A DNA stretch of 62,795 nt from an uncultured Candidatus Saccharibacteria bacterium (GTDB lineage Bacteria; Patescibacteriota; Saccharimonadia; Saccharimonadales; CAZICT01): NCBI GenBank assembly GCA_964537935.1, contig CAZICT010000005.1, forward strand, positions 1 through 62,795, in the 5' to 3' direction. A model generated the notes under the pieces. The model saw nothing but the letters and a program-made list of their open reading frames with translations. It was not told the DNA's origin and searched no databases. A program made the translations under genes and the position numbers. Of the stretch, positions 11,915 to 20,403 are shown in pieces; within the stretch, counting starts at the first letter, position 1; every line of letters begins with the position of its first letter.

Positions 11915-12442
11915 ATGGACATAACCGAACTTACTGCTGAAACTAAAAGATGCCTTGTCGGTTGGCGGGCGTATGAAAAAGACTTGATTAAAGCAGGTAT
12001 GGAGGGCGCGCTTCAGCCAACAGCCGTAGGCTGGAAGGTAGCTGATTTGGCAGCTTTTTCTGAAACGATGAACGGCCTCTTGACTCTAAGTAATCAATTT
12101 CATGTCGGTACGGTCAACGATAGGCTTATTGGCTCGTTTATCCTTAAACAGCCACTCGAAACAGAAGGCATCCGGATTATAAAAGTATTACAACGCCGAC
12201 CGGACTCAACAGATGAGTTAGGGCTTGATCATATTGATTTTTATGTGAATGATTTAGGCGGCGCTAAAGAGGCGCTTCGTTCGGTCAAAGCAAATTGGCA
12301 AATTGAATCTAATGACGTTCACGAATGGATAAGCGTTAGATTCGGAGAAGTGCTGGAGTATGAGGCTAAATTTATCGATCACACCGTCTTGCGTGCCGGA
12401 ATCGAAGAAATGAAGCAAGCCGAATCGCTGATACTAAGTTGA
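11915..12442 (+). CDS. hypothetical protein (possibly VOC/glyoxalase-like fold)
   Basis: 175-aa ORF tightly coupled to ligA. Only weak resemblance (DHIDFYVND). Confidence 0.45.
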   Translation: MDITELTAETKRCLVGWRAYEKDLIKAGMEGALQPTAVGWKVADLAAFSETMNGLLTLSNQFHVGTVNDRLIGSFILKQPLETEGIRIIKVLQRRPDSTDELGLDHIDFYVNDLGGAKEALRSVKANWQIESNDVHEWISVRFGEVLEYEAKFIDHTVLRAGIEEMKQAESLILS

Positions 12443-12556
12443 CAAACCGGTTGGAACGGTTATGCTTTAACTAAGTCGTGCGTAACAAGCGGCGCGAGTT
12501 AAATAAAAATATTAAAACAAAACTACCCGCCGCAGGGTGGGCACGCACGAATAAAA

Positions 12557-12584
12557 AGCTACCAATTATCCGGTAGCTTTTGTT
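12557..12584 (+). terminator. rho-independent terminator
   Basis: Stem agctacc/ggtagct followed by ttttgtt. Confidence 0.65.
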
Positions 12585-12603
12585 ATACTAATCCAAGTTT
12601 TAA

Positions 12604-12680
12604 GGGGATATAGCTCAGTTGATTAGAGCGCTTCGCTGGCAGCGAAGAGGTCCGGGGTTTGAGTCCCCGTATCTCCACCA
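12604..12680 (+). tRNA. tRNA-Ala (GGC)
   Basis: 77 nt. G3:U70 identity pair in acceptor ggggata/tatctcc, D stem gctc/gagc, anticodon stem cttcg/cgaag with loop ctGGCag, T arm cgggg-tttgagt-ccccg, encoded CCA. Confidence 0.9.
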
Positions 12681-12693
12681 AGAAAATACTTGT

Positions 12694-12720
12694 GGGGTGA
12701 GTCCCCGTGTTTCCACCAAG
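12694..12720 (+). repeat. degenerate direct duplicate of the tRNA-Ala 3' end (T arm plus acceptor)
   Basis: ggggtgagtccccgtgtttccaccaag compared with ggggtttgagtccccgtatctccaccaag of the tRNA, 13 nt downstream of it. Confidence 0.7.
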
Positions 12721-12727
12721 TTCTTTA

Positions 12728-12750
12728 CCGCATATAATTGCGGCTTTTTT
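12728..12750 (+). terminator. rho-independent terminator
   Basis: Stem ccgca/tgcgg with loop tataat, then c plus tttttt. Confidence 0.6.
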
Positions 12751-12777
12751 ATTTCCAAACTGCTACAATGCAATGTA

Positions 12778-13680
12778 ATGGTAAAAAGTATTTCTGCAGC
12801 ATATCGAGCCACGCGGCTGCTAATTATAGTGGCAATATTAATATTTCTGGCAAGCGGTGTGACGTGGTGGTGGTCGGAGCGGACTGATCCACAGAGAGTG
12901 TTTGAAGCGATGCTAAACAATAATTTACGCACCACAAGCGTGACTCGCAGCGTTTTGCAGTCGGAAAATGGACAAACCCTTGATCAGGATGTACGTTTTC
13001 AGGCTGCTGCAAAACAAGTAGCCGTTGCTGAGACCGCACTGTCACAAAGCGATGAACAAGGCACTCAGACAGCGCGGGTGGTCACGGAAAATATCGGCAC
13101 TCCTCTTGAGGGATATATTCGGTACACGGAAATAGAAACGGTCCAGCAATCTGTTGATGGCGGCGATCTGAATTTTGAAGACGTTCTTAATGTATGGGGA
13201 AGGGTTGAACCTCAAGAGGGGCTTACTACCGGCGAACTGTATAACGAGATTGCCCTTGGAGCTATCCCATTCGGATATATTAATAATGACGAACGAAAGT
13301 CATTACTTGAATTCATAAAAGAAGAAAACGTTTATCAAATTGATTATTCGAGTGTCACTTCAAGCGAATTGAACGGTCGTGAGATCTATGTTTATAACGT
13401 GAGAATAAACCCCCAATCTTACATTTCGCTCCTAAAAGAATATGCCAGTGCCGTCGGACTTACGCAGTTGGATGAGGTTGACCCTGCAGCTTATGCGAAC
13501 TCACAAGCGCTAAACCTGGAGGTCTCAGTCGACGTACTTACCCAGCGCTTAGCCTCAATTACATATCCAAATGGCCGGACGGAAACATACGGCAACTACG
13601 GCGTGATAAAACAAGTGACAATTCCAGAATCGACAATCAGCGTTGAGGAATTGCAATCTCGCGTTCAGTCAGTGCAATAG
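12778..13680 (+). CDS. membrane-anchored hypothetical protein
   Basis: Start moved to the ATG at 12778 because the tracked ORF start at 12619 reads through the tRNA-Ala gene. N-terminal TM helix LLIIVAILIFLASG. Confidence 0.55.
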   Translation: MVKSISAAYRATRLLIIVAILIFLASGVTWWWSERTDPQRVFEAMLNNNLRTTSVTRSVLQSENGQTLDQDVRFQAAAKQVAVAETALSQSDEQGTQTARVVTENIGTPLEGYIRYTEIETVQQSVDGGDLNFEDVLNVWGRVEPQEGLTTGELYNEIALGAIPFGYINNDERKSLLEFIKEENVYQIDYSSVTSSELNGREIYVYNVRINPQSYISLLKEYASAVGLTQLDEVDPAAYANSQALNLEVSVDVLTQRLASITYPNGRTETYGNYGVIKQVTIPESTISVEELQSRVQSVQ

Positions 13681-13728
13681 AACTGATATACTTTTTGTTA
13701 ATGAAACCATAACAAGAATAGGAAGTAT

Positions 13729-15138
13729 ATGAATCCTGGCGATGAGATCAAGCCCGACAATCCCGTAAGTGAAAGTGATGATCAGGCGGCCTTACCTGAA
13801 AATAATCCAATTCAGCCCAAGGGAGCGCCACAGGAGAGCGAACCCGCTCCGCCTATCGAAGCTCAGCAGGCTCCGGTTGATAATGCTAACGTCCCACCGG
13901 TTGCAGCTGCCACCCCGCAACCTGATCAGCCAGTTGCAGAGCCGGTCTTGCAAACTGGCGGTGTGAGTACGACACAACCGCAGGTTGGTTCAGTTGAAAC
14001 CCCGCAGCCCAACAGCGCTCAAATACCTCAACCTACAGGTACCGGCAACGGAAAGAAAAAACGTCTACCGGTTGTGTTGGCGGCGATTATTGCTTTGGTT
14101 TTGTTGGTTGGCGGTGGCGCAGCTGCTTATTTAGGGATAATTTTACCTAACAAGCCTGAAAACGTTTTAAAGCAAGCGCTGGTTAACATTACGGACATAG
14201 ATGAAATATCCAGTAATGGAGCTGAGGGTGAGATCAAATTTGTAGAAGTCGAATCTATGCCTGAAGGCATTGGTAATACGACGTTCGAACTTTACAGAAA
14301 CGATCAGGGAGTATTTTCGTTCAATTCCAAGACAGATCTAAGCGTAACCTCGTTGTCAGTAGACATCAGGCGGCCAGAAGGCAAAGAAGCATACGTGAAG
14401 CTTGACGGATTGACCGGCTTAGGCCCGCTCTTGCAAAGCTATTACACGAGCTTTTTAGGTGTTGGCGGCTCCACTGATCCTGCGACCCAGGCTTATCTTG
14501 ATAATGCCATGAATGCTATCACTGGCTTTCTTGACTCGCTCAATAATCAGTGGTACGTCATAGAAGAGAGCATGATAAATGAAATGTTCGAGAATCCTGA
14601 GCTGCCTCAGATGTCAGACGAAGACAAAGATAAGATTGTCGAGTCTTACAAACAGAATGAATTCCTAAGCATAGTCAATACTCTGGAAGAACAGGAAATT
14701 CATGGCGTAAACAGCTATCAATACGAATTATCCATCGACAAAGAGAAGCTTAAGTCTTTCGCTCAGGCTATCAAGGATGCCGAAATCGAAGGCTTTGATT
14801 TTAGCGACAGCGAACTGAAGAGTATCGACGATCTGGATACTTCCAAGTTTAAGATTACTGTTTGGATATCGAAGTCCAGCAAGCAGTTCACGCAGATACT
14901 CGTCAATACCCTGGAAGAGGGGCAAAAGGCAGATTTCAGACTTGCCATTAAAGATGTCGATCAAGAAGTTAATGTCGAAAAACCCGAGGATGCAAAAACT
15001 ATAATGGAGCTTATGGGCGAACTCCAGCCGTTGTTTGGAGGTTTTTCTGTAAACAGTAGCCCGGACTTATTGCAGAGTCAGAGTACAGGAACGACACTTC
15101 AGACGCTCGGAGCTTTTGATATACGTGAGCTGTTCTAA
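13729..15138 (+). CDS. membrane-anchored hypothetical protein with a Pro/Gln-rich N-terminus
   Basis: 469-aa ORF. Low-complexity P/Q/A region of about 110 aa, one TM helix (VVLAAIIALVLLVGGGAAAYLGII), then a large extracytoplasmic domain. Confidence 0.6.
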   Translation: MNPGDEIKPDNPVSESDDQAALPENNPIQPKGAPQESEPAPPIEAQQAPVDNANVPPVAAATPQPDQPVAEPVLQTGGVSTTQPQVGSVETPQPNSAQIPQPTGTGNGKKKRLPVVLAAIIALVLLVGGGAAAYLGIILPNKPENVLKQALVNITDIDEISSNGAEGEIKFVEVESMPEGIGNTTFELYRNDQGVFSFNSKTDLSVTSLSVDIRRPEGKEAYVKLDGLTGLGPLLQSYYTSFLGVGGSTDPATQAYLDNAMNAITGFLDSLNNQWYVIEESMINEMFENPELPQMSDEDKDKIVESYKQNEFLSIVNTLEEQEIHGVNSYQYELSIDKEKLKSFAQAIKDAEIEGFDFSDSELKSIDDLDTSKFKITVWISKSSKQFTQILVNTLEEGQKADFRLAIKDVDQEVNVEKPEDAKTIMELMGELQPLFGGFSVNSSPDLLQSQSTGTTLQTLGAFDIRELF

Positions 15139-15194
15139 GCTTCTAGGGAGGTCGCTGGTTTTTTGCGTAAACGGCACCTATACTTAATTAAGTA

Positions 15195-16463
15195 ATGAAA
15201 CAGTTACTAAAAAGTTGTGTAGTTGCAGTTTTAGGCTGGCAGGTCCGAAGGCTACGTCAAAAAAATAATTTCAAACTCATTGCCGTCGTTGGCAGTATTG
15301 GCAAAACAAGCACTAAATACGCAATAGCCAACCTACTAAAAGCTAAGCACACCGTTTGCTTTCAAGAAGGTAACTACAACGATTTAATCACCATACCGCT
15401 GGTTCTATTTGGACATCAAACACCGGCTTTGTTTAATGTTTTTTCCTGGCTCAAAATTTTTATATCCAACGAACGACAACTGCGACAGCCGTTTCCGTTC
15501 GATGTTGCAGTGCTGGAACTTGGCACTGACGGCCCCGGACAAATTAAGCAGTTCGCTGAATATCTGCATTTAGATATCGCAGTCTTGACGGCGATTGCCC
15601 CTGAACATATGGAATACTTCAGCACTCTTAATGCGGTTGCTCAGGAAGAAATGAGTGTATTTGAATTTTCTGATAGGCTTTTGGCCAACGCCGACCTGTG
15701 CAGCGACAAGTATCTAAAAATGCTTCCGGAGCCTCCGTTAACTTACGGCCACGATAAAGCAGCTGACTATTCTATTAAAAGTAAATTTAGCAGCCAAGGT
15801 CTGACATTGGGTGTATCTAAAGACAGGCAAGTTATAGTAAACGCCAGCCATGCTTCGTTTGCCAAGACGCAGCTCTATTCTCTCGGTGCGGCAATTGCTG
15901 TCGCTGACATACTGGGGCTTAGCAAACTTGAGATCATAAAAGGTTTGTCATTTATTGAGCCGGTTCCGGGGCGAATGAATCGACTGGAAGGTATAAATGG
16001 TTCTACTATTCTTGACGATACGTATAATGCCAGCCCGGTCGCTACCATTGCCGCACTTGATACACTCTATATGCTGCAGGCGCCCCAGAAGATTGCAATC
16101 TTAGGCAATATGAACGAACTTGGAGCATACTCCAAACGAAGTCACATAGAAGTAGGCAACTACTGTGATCCTAAAAAAGTAGATCTAATAATTACAATTG
16201 GGCCAGACGCCAATAAATATCTTGCTCCGGCTGCTGAGGCCAAAGGATGCCGTGTCAAGGCATTTGATTCGCCCTATGAGATCGCAGCTTACTTAAAATC
16301 ACGTATTAAACCTCAGGCAATTATACTTGCAAAGGGCTCACAGAATGGCGTGTTCGCAGAAGAAGCAGTAAAAGATTTGCTAGCCCACAAGCGTGATGCT
16401 TACCAATTGGTGCGTCAAAGCGAACATTGGCTTAAAATTAAGCGCAAAGCTTTTAATGTTTAA
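15195..16463 (+). CDS. murF: Mur ligase family protein, MurF-like
   Basis: P-loop VGSIGKTSTK, DDTYNASP and GNMNELG motifs typical of MurF-type ligases. Confidence 0.7.
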   Translation: MKQLLKSCVVAVLGWQVRRLRQKNNFKLIAVVGSIGKTSTKYAIANLLKAKHTVCFQEGNYNDLITIPLVLFGHQTPALFNVFSWLKIFISNERQLRQPFPFDVAVLELGTDGPGQIKQFAEYLHLDIAVLTAIAPEHMEYFSTLNAVAQEEMSVFEFSDRLLANADLCSDKYLKMLPEPPLTYGHDKAADYSIKSKFSSQGLTLGVSKDRQVIVNASHASFAKTQLYSLGAAIAVADILGLSKLEIIKGLSFIEPVPGRMNRLEGINGSTILDDTYNASPVATIAALDTLYMLQAPQKIAILGNMNELGAYSKRSHIEVGNYCDPKKVDLIITIGPDANKYLAPAAEAKGCRVKAFDSPYEIAAYLKSRIKPQAIILAKGSQNGVFAEEAVKDLLAHKRDAYQLVRQSEHWLKIKRKAFNV

Positions 16464-17329
16464 GTTTGACTAAGTAATTTTTTGACCGTTAAAAATAATG
16501 ACGTGTGCTGTTTTGTAAGGTTGAGTTGCGAGTGATATATGGCGCTAATCGGGCGCTTAAAGCGGCTAAGGTCACTATCAATTTCTGCAAGTTCACCGGT
16601 TGATAAATCATGGCTAACCAGACTCCATGGCAATAAGGCGGCACCGTGACGTTGAAGCACCATTTGTTTTATAACTTCCGGGTTGGTCGAAACAAAATAC
16701 GGCCGAAGTTTTATGTTTTGTTGTTTGGCGTGGGCCATAATGTGCTGGTAAGTTGTTGATTCTGGGTTATATGTGACGAATGACTCGATGGTGCTTGAGG
16801 CGGACAACTGTTTGGCAACCTCCGATTTTATAGAGGGGTGAACGATCAGCTTGAACTGCTCCGTACCGATTTGCATTTGCTTGAGTTGTTCATTTAGCGT
16901 TACGCGTTGTTCCGTAACGATAGCCACATCAAGCGTACGTTCAAGTACTCGCCGAACAAGCCTGGCGGAATTATCAACATGGATGGACAGGAATTCCGGC
17001 ACGTCAATCTCTCCTATCAGAGATATTGCCACACTATCGATTGCCCCCAAACGTATCCGCGGAGACTTGCCGCTTCCGAGTTGAGAGAGCTGACCTTCCA
17101 GGGCATTCACTTCACCACGCATTCTAAGCGCGCTTTCGTAAAGCAAGGCACCGGCTTCGGTAAGCTTCAGCGGTTTAGTTCCGCGTTCAATCAAAGATTG
17201 TTTGTATTGTGATTCAAGTTGCTTAATTGCTGTGGTAAGCGCAGGCTGTGAAACGTGGATTGCGCGGGCCGCTGCAGAAAAACTACCGTATTCAACCAGA
17301 GCCAGGAACTTCTCATAGTCATGACGCAT
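16460..17329 (-). CDS. LysR-family transcriptional regulator
   Basis: N-terminal HTH FSAAARAIHVSQPALTTAIKQLE, about 290 aa, divergent from the ino1-like gene. Confidence 0.85.
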   Translation of the reverse strand: MRHDYEKFLALVEYGSFSAAARAIHVSQPALTTAIKQLESQYKQSLIERGTKPLKLTEAGALLYESALRMRGEVNALEGQLSQLGSGKSPRIRLGAIDSVAISLIGEIDVPEFLSIHVDNSARLVRRVLERTLDVAIVTEQRVTLNEQLKQMQIGTEQFKLIVHPSIKSEVAKQLSASSTIESFVTYNPESTTYQHIMAHAKQQNIKLRPYFVSTNPEVIKQMVLQRHGAALLPWSLVSHDLSTGELAEIDSDLSRFKRPISAIYHSQLNLTKQHTSLFLTVKKLLSQT

Positions 17330-17443
17330 GAATTAAGTATAAATAAAATTTATAAAATAGTTAAAATTATCTATTGGATTAATAGCACTTGTCTGTCGTA
17401 TGCTTTTAACGATTACGCTATGTAAATTGATTCGGAGGAACAA

Positions 17444-18586
17444 ATGGCGGGCAAGATTAAGGTTGCGATTGTGGGCGTGGGTAACTGTGCCTCATCTCTT
17501 GTGCAGGGTATACATTACTATAAAGACGCAAAGGACGACGAACATATTCCCGGACTTATGCATGTAAATTTCGGCGGTTATCATATTCGTGATATTGAAA
17601 TTGTTGCCGCTTTCGACGTGAATGCCAACAAAGTCGGTAAAGATGTAGCTGAGGCGATTTACGCCCGACCTAACAACACGGCTATTTTTGCAGAAGTGCC
17701 TAAAATGGGCGTAAAGGTTTCCCGCGGTCTTCGACTCGACGGAGTTAATAAATATACGGAAGCAGTTGTGCCGGTGTCCGACGAAAAAGAAGTCGACGTA
17801 GTAAAAGTACTAAAAGAATCAGGCGCTGAAGCCGTAATAAACTATCTGCCGGTTGGATCCCAGAAGGCAACTGAGTATTATGCTCAGGCAGCGATTGATG
17901 CCGGCTGTGGTTTTGTAAATTGTATCCCGGTATTTATTGCCAGCAATCCAGCATGGGCTAAAAAATTCGAAGAAGCCGGTCTACCGGTTATCGGCGATGA
18001 CATTAAAGCTCAAGTTGGAGCTACTATTGTTCACCGCACATTAACCAATCTGTTTTTAGACCGGGGCATGAAAGTCGAGCAGACTTATCAGCTGAATGTT
18101 GGCGGCAATACTGACTTCATGAATATGCTGGAGCGAGAGCGGTTATCAAGTAAGAAAACATCCAAGACAAAAGCCGTAACATCCATGATTGAAGCGCGTG
18201 GCCAGACGATTGAGGAAGATAATGTCCATGTTGGTCCGAGCGATTATGTGCCATGGCTTAAGGATAACAAAGTGTGTTACTTGCGCATTCAGAGCCGGCA
18301 CTTCGGTGATGTACCGATGGATGTAGAGGTGCGTTTGTCGGTTGAAGATTCGCCAAACTCTGCAGGAGTGGCAATTGATTCAATTCGCTGCTTGAAGCTG
18401 GCGCTCGATAACGGGCTTAAGGGTGCCATCGTAGAACCGGCAGCTTTCTTTAAGAAGCATCCGCCGCAGCAGATAGAAGATCGGACGGCTCGTGAGCTGG
18501 TTGAAGCCTATATTACTAAATATGGTCAAAAACAAGAGAAGAAAGTTAAAGCTCACAAGAAGAAAACTCTAGCAGTTTCACGCTAA
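17444..18586 (+). CDS. ino1: inositol-3-phosphate synthase (myo-inositol-1-phosphate synthase)
   Basis: Rossmann N-terminus [21 protein letters not shown] and about 380 aa length are typical of bacterial/archaeal MIPS. Confidence 0.8.
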   Translation: MAGKIKVAIVGVGNCASSLVQGIHYYKDAKDDEHIPGLMHVNFGGYHIRDIEIVAAFDVNANKVGKDVAEAIYARPNNTAIFAEVPKMGVKVSRGLRLDGVNKYTEAVVPVSDEKEVDVVKVLKESGAEAVINYLPVGSQKATEYYAQAAIDAGCGFVNCIPVFIASNPAWAKKFEEAGLPVIGDDIKAQVGATIVHRTLTNLFLDRGMKVEQTYQLNVGGNTDFMNMLERERLSSKKTSKTKAVTSMIEARGQTIEEDNVHVGPSDYVPWLKDNKVCYLRIQSRHFGDVPMDVEVRLSVEDSPNSAGVAIDSIRCLKLALDNGLKGAIVEPAAFFKKHPPQQIEDRTARELVEAYITKYGQKQEKKVKAHKKKTLAVSR

Positions 18587-18605
18587 TTAGGTGTCAAATA
18601 AAAAA

Positions 18606-18634
18606 GCAGGTTGCACTCAATGCAACCTGCTTTT
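18606..18634 (+). terminator. rho-independent terminator
   Basis: 10-bp stem gcaggttgca/tgcaacctgc with loop ctcaa, then tttt. Confidence 0.8.
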
Positions 18635-18677
18635 GCTTGCACGTAAAATACTTTTATGGGTATGTTAATACAGAATT

Positions 18678-20258
18678 ATGCGAGAACTAGAAGAAGTAAT
18701 GTTTCAACTGCCGGGGCATGAAGATCATGACCAATTTTATACGACCGCTCGACAGATGCGCACGCTGCCACGCTATGAGTATAAGGAAGACTTAGGCATT
18801 ATCGAAGTTGATGATCCTGTATGGGGTAAGGAACAAATCGGTAATCGTAAGGGCGATGAGATATTTCTAGAGTTCTTCACCAATCCGATGGTACAGCGAG
18901 CCGCTAGAATCGAACAGTTAACCTTGCCTAAACACTTTGCTACGATGCCGGGGTCTACAGACTTTTACCGTTGGGAGCATGTGTGGGGTAGCGTTATTTT
19001 TGTGCGTAAAATGATAGCAAAAGCAGAGGCTGAAGGGCAGGTATTCGATCCACGCGACGTGTTAATTATGCAGCTCAGGACTTTCGTGTCAGACCTTGGG
19101 CATACTGCGTTTTCTCACCTTGGAGACTGGATGTTCCAGGGATTTGGCGGGAAAGAAGATCAGCATGACCTTGATTTAATGGATTTATTGGAGCTTGGTG
19201 GGGTAAATCAGATTTTACTGCGTCATGAAATTGACCCTAGAGAGGTAGTATTTCCCCCAGTTGAGGATTGGATAGAGAGTCCCTCGCCTGACTTATGTGT
19301 TGACAGGGTAGATTTTGGAGCACGGGAAATAGGTCGCTGGGTGAGCGGGTACGAACCGCATGAAAAGTGGCTAGAGCGTTTTATGCTTGATTCTTCAGGA
19401 AGAATTGTCATGTCAGATGAAGCAGAAGCCCTGTATTTTGGTGTGAGGTATGGATTACTTGCAACCGAGCACTGGGGGCACCCGGTTCATAGAGCTCAAC
19501 TTCACCTTTTTGCAGAGCTGGTACGCAGCGTGGTTGTAAATAGAGATACACCGATCATTGGCTGGCATGAGCTCCAGCATCCACGGGACATTCTTTATAC
19601 GGTAGATGATGATATTATTGCCGGCTCTCGGTCGGTCGGTGAGCTTAATCACGATTTATATTCTGTAATGCTCGATATAGCGAGGGCTCAACGGCGTATT
19701 TTTGCACATGGGCGCGAATCAGAACTTAGCCTGTTTCTTGAGCCGTTTAGAATAAAGATTCAAGACAGTAAATTTTCTTTCGATCTACCAGAGTCCTTTC
19801 CGCATCCATTGCAGGCACGACATTGGACTACTGACTATACGGGCTCAAAACCTATAAATCTCTCTTTCGTACCAGTGAACGAAGAAAAAGACCTTAAAGA
19901 CTTTAATAACTTGCCGCATACGCTTGATGTGTATTTGCCCGCACTCAAACCTAGGTGGGTTGATCCGCTATTTTATGACAATGAAGGACGAGTTAAGCGC
20001 CTAAGCGAAGAAAACAAAGTTTATGCAGACCTACTAAGACAACAGCGGGAAATTCAGTCTCAACCGTACGTTGCCCGTTATTATGCCGACCCGGAGTTTC
20101 TTGGGCAGCTGAAGTTAAAGTTAAATAAATACCTTGATCTATGGCATGAACAGCTAAAAGCCAAGCGGGCTAATGAAACTACCATGCGTGCGGTCTTAAA
20201 AGACGCGGGCGCACTGGCAATTGGCCGTTCATTTAGCGGAATAATAAGTTCGCTATAG
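18678..20258 (+). CDS. HD-domain-like metal-dependent phosphohydrolase (putative)
   Basis: 526-aa ORF. His/Asp cluster FVSDLGHTAFSHLGDW. Otherwise uncharacterised. Confidence 0.5.
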   Translation: MRELEEVMFQLPGHEDHDQFYTTARQMRTLPRYEYKEDLGIIEVDDPVWGKEQIGNRKGDEIFLEFFTNPMVQRAARIEQLTLPKHFATMPGSTDFYRWEHVWGSVIFVRKMIAKAEAEGQVFDPRDVLIMQLRTFVSDLGHTAFSHLGDWMFQGFGGKEDQHDLDLMDLLELGGVNQILLRHEIDPREVVFPPVEDWIESPSPDLCVDRVDFGAREIGRWVSGYEPHEKWLERFMLDSSGRIVMSDEAEALYFGVRYGLLATEHWGHPVHRAQLHLFAELVRSVVVNRDTPIIGWHELQHPRDILYTVDDDIIAGSRSVGELNHDLYSVMLDIARAQRRIFAHGRESELSLFLEPFRIKIQDSKFSFDLPESFPHPLQARHWTTDYTGSKPINLSFVPVNEEKDLKDFNNLPHTLDVYLPALKPRWVDPLFYDNEGRVKRLSEENKVYADLLRQQREIQSQPYVARYYADPEFLGQLKLKLNKYLDLWHEQLKAKRANETTMRAVLKDAGALAIGRSFSGIISSL

Positions 20259-20313
20259 TGGCTAACTCTTTATGCAGGTGGTATAGTTACTCATAATGAA
20301 ATATGTGTATAGC

Positions 20314-20352
20314 TATTCGCTTCTACTCCTCGCCTGAATGGCGAATATTTTT
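20314..20352 (+). terminator. hairpin plus T-run between the HD-domain gene and leuS
   Basis: Stem tattcgc/gcgaata with a 20-nt loop, then ttttt. Confidence 0.35.
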
Positions 20353-20403
20353 ACATGTAACTACTTTTTACCGTACACTTATTGATAACAAGGGGAGTTT
20401 TTA

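Noticed and set aside
12440-12556. Long-range inverted repeat cgtgcgt ... acgcacg with an internal GC-rich hairpin after ORF 11915-12442.
   Set aside because: The stem is only 7 bp and encloses an AT-rich loop. No recognisable RNA family features are present, so it is probably just 3' UTR or terminator-proximal sequence.
12619-12777. N-terminal 53 codons of the tracked ORF 12619-13680.
   Set aside because: This stretch reads straight through the tRNA-Ala gene, its duplicated 3' fragment and a terminator. The real CDS most likely starts at the ATG at 12778, followed by a TM helix.
20259-20403. Possible T-box leader upstream of leuS.
   Set aside because: Only 145 nt are available. I see no T-box consensus (the ...GGUGGNACCGCG-type motif) and no specifier-loop architecture, just one hairpin with a T-run, which is more simply a terminator for the upstream gene.
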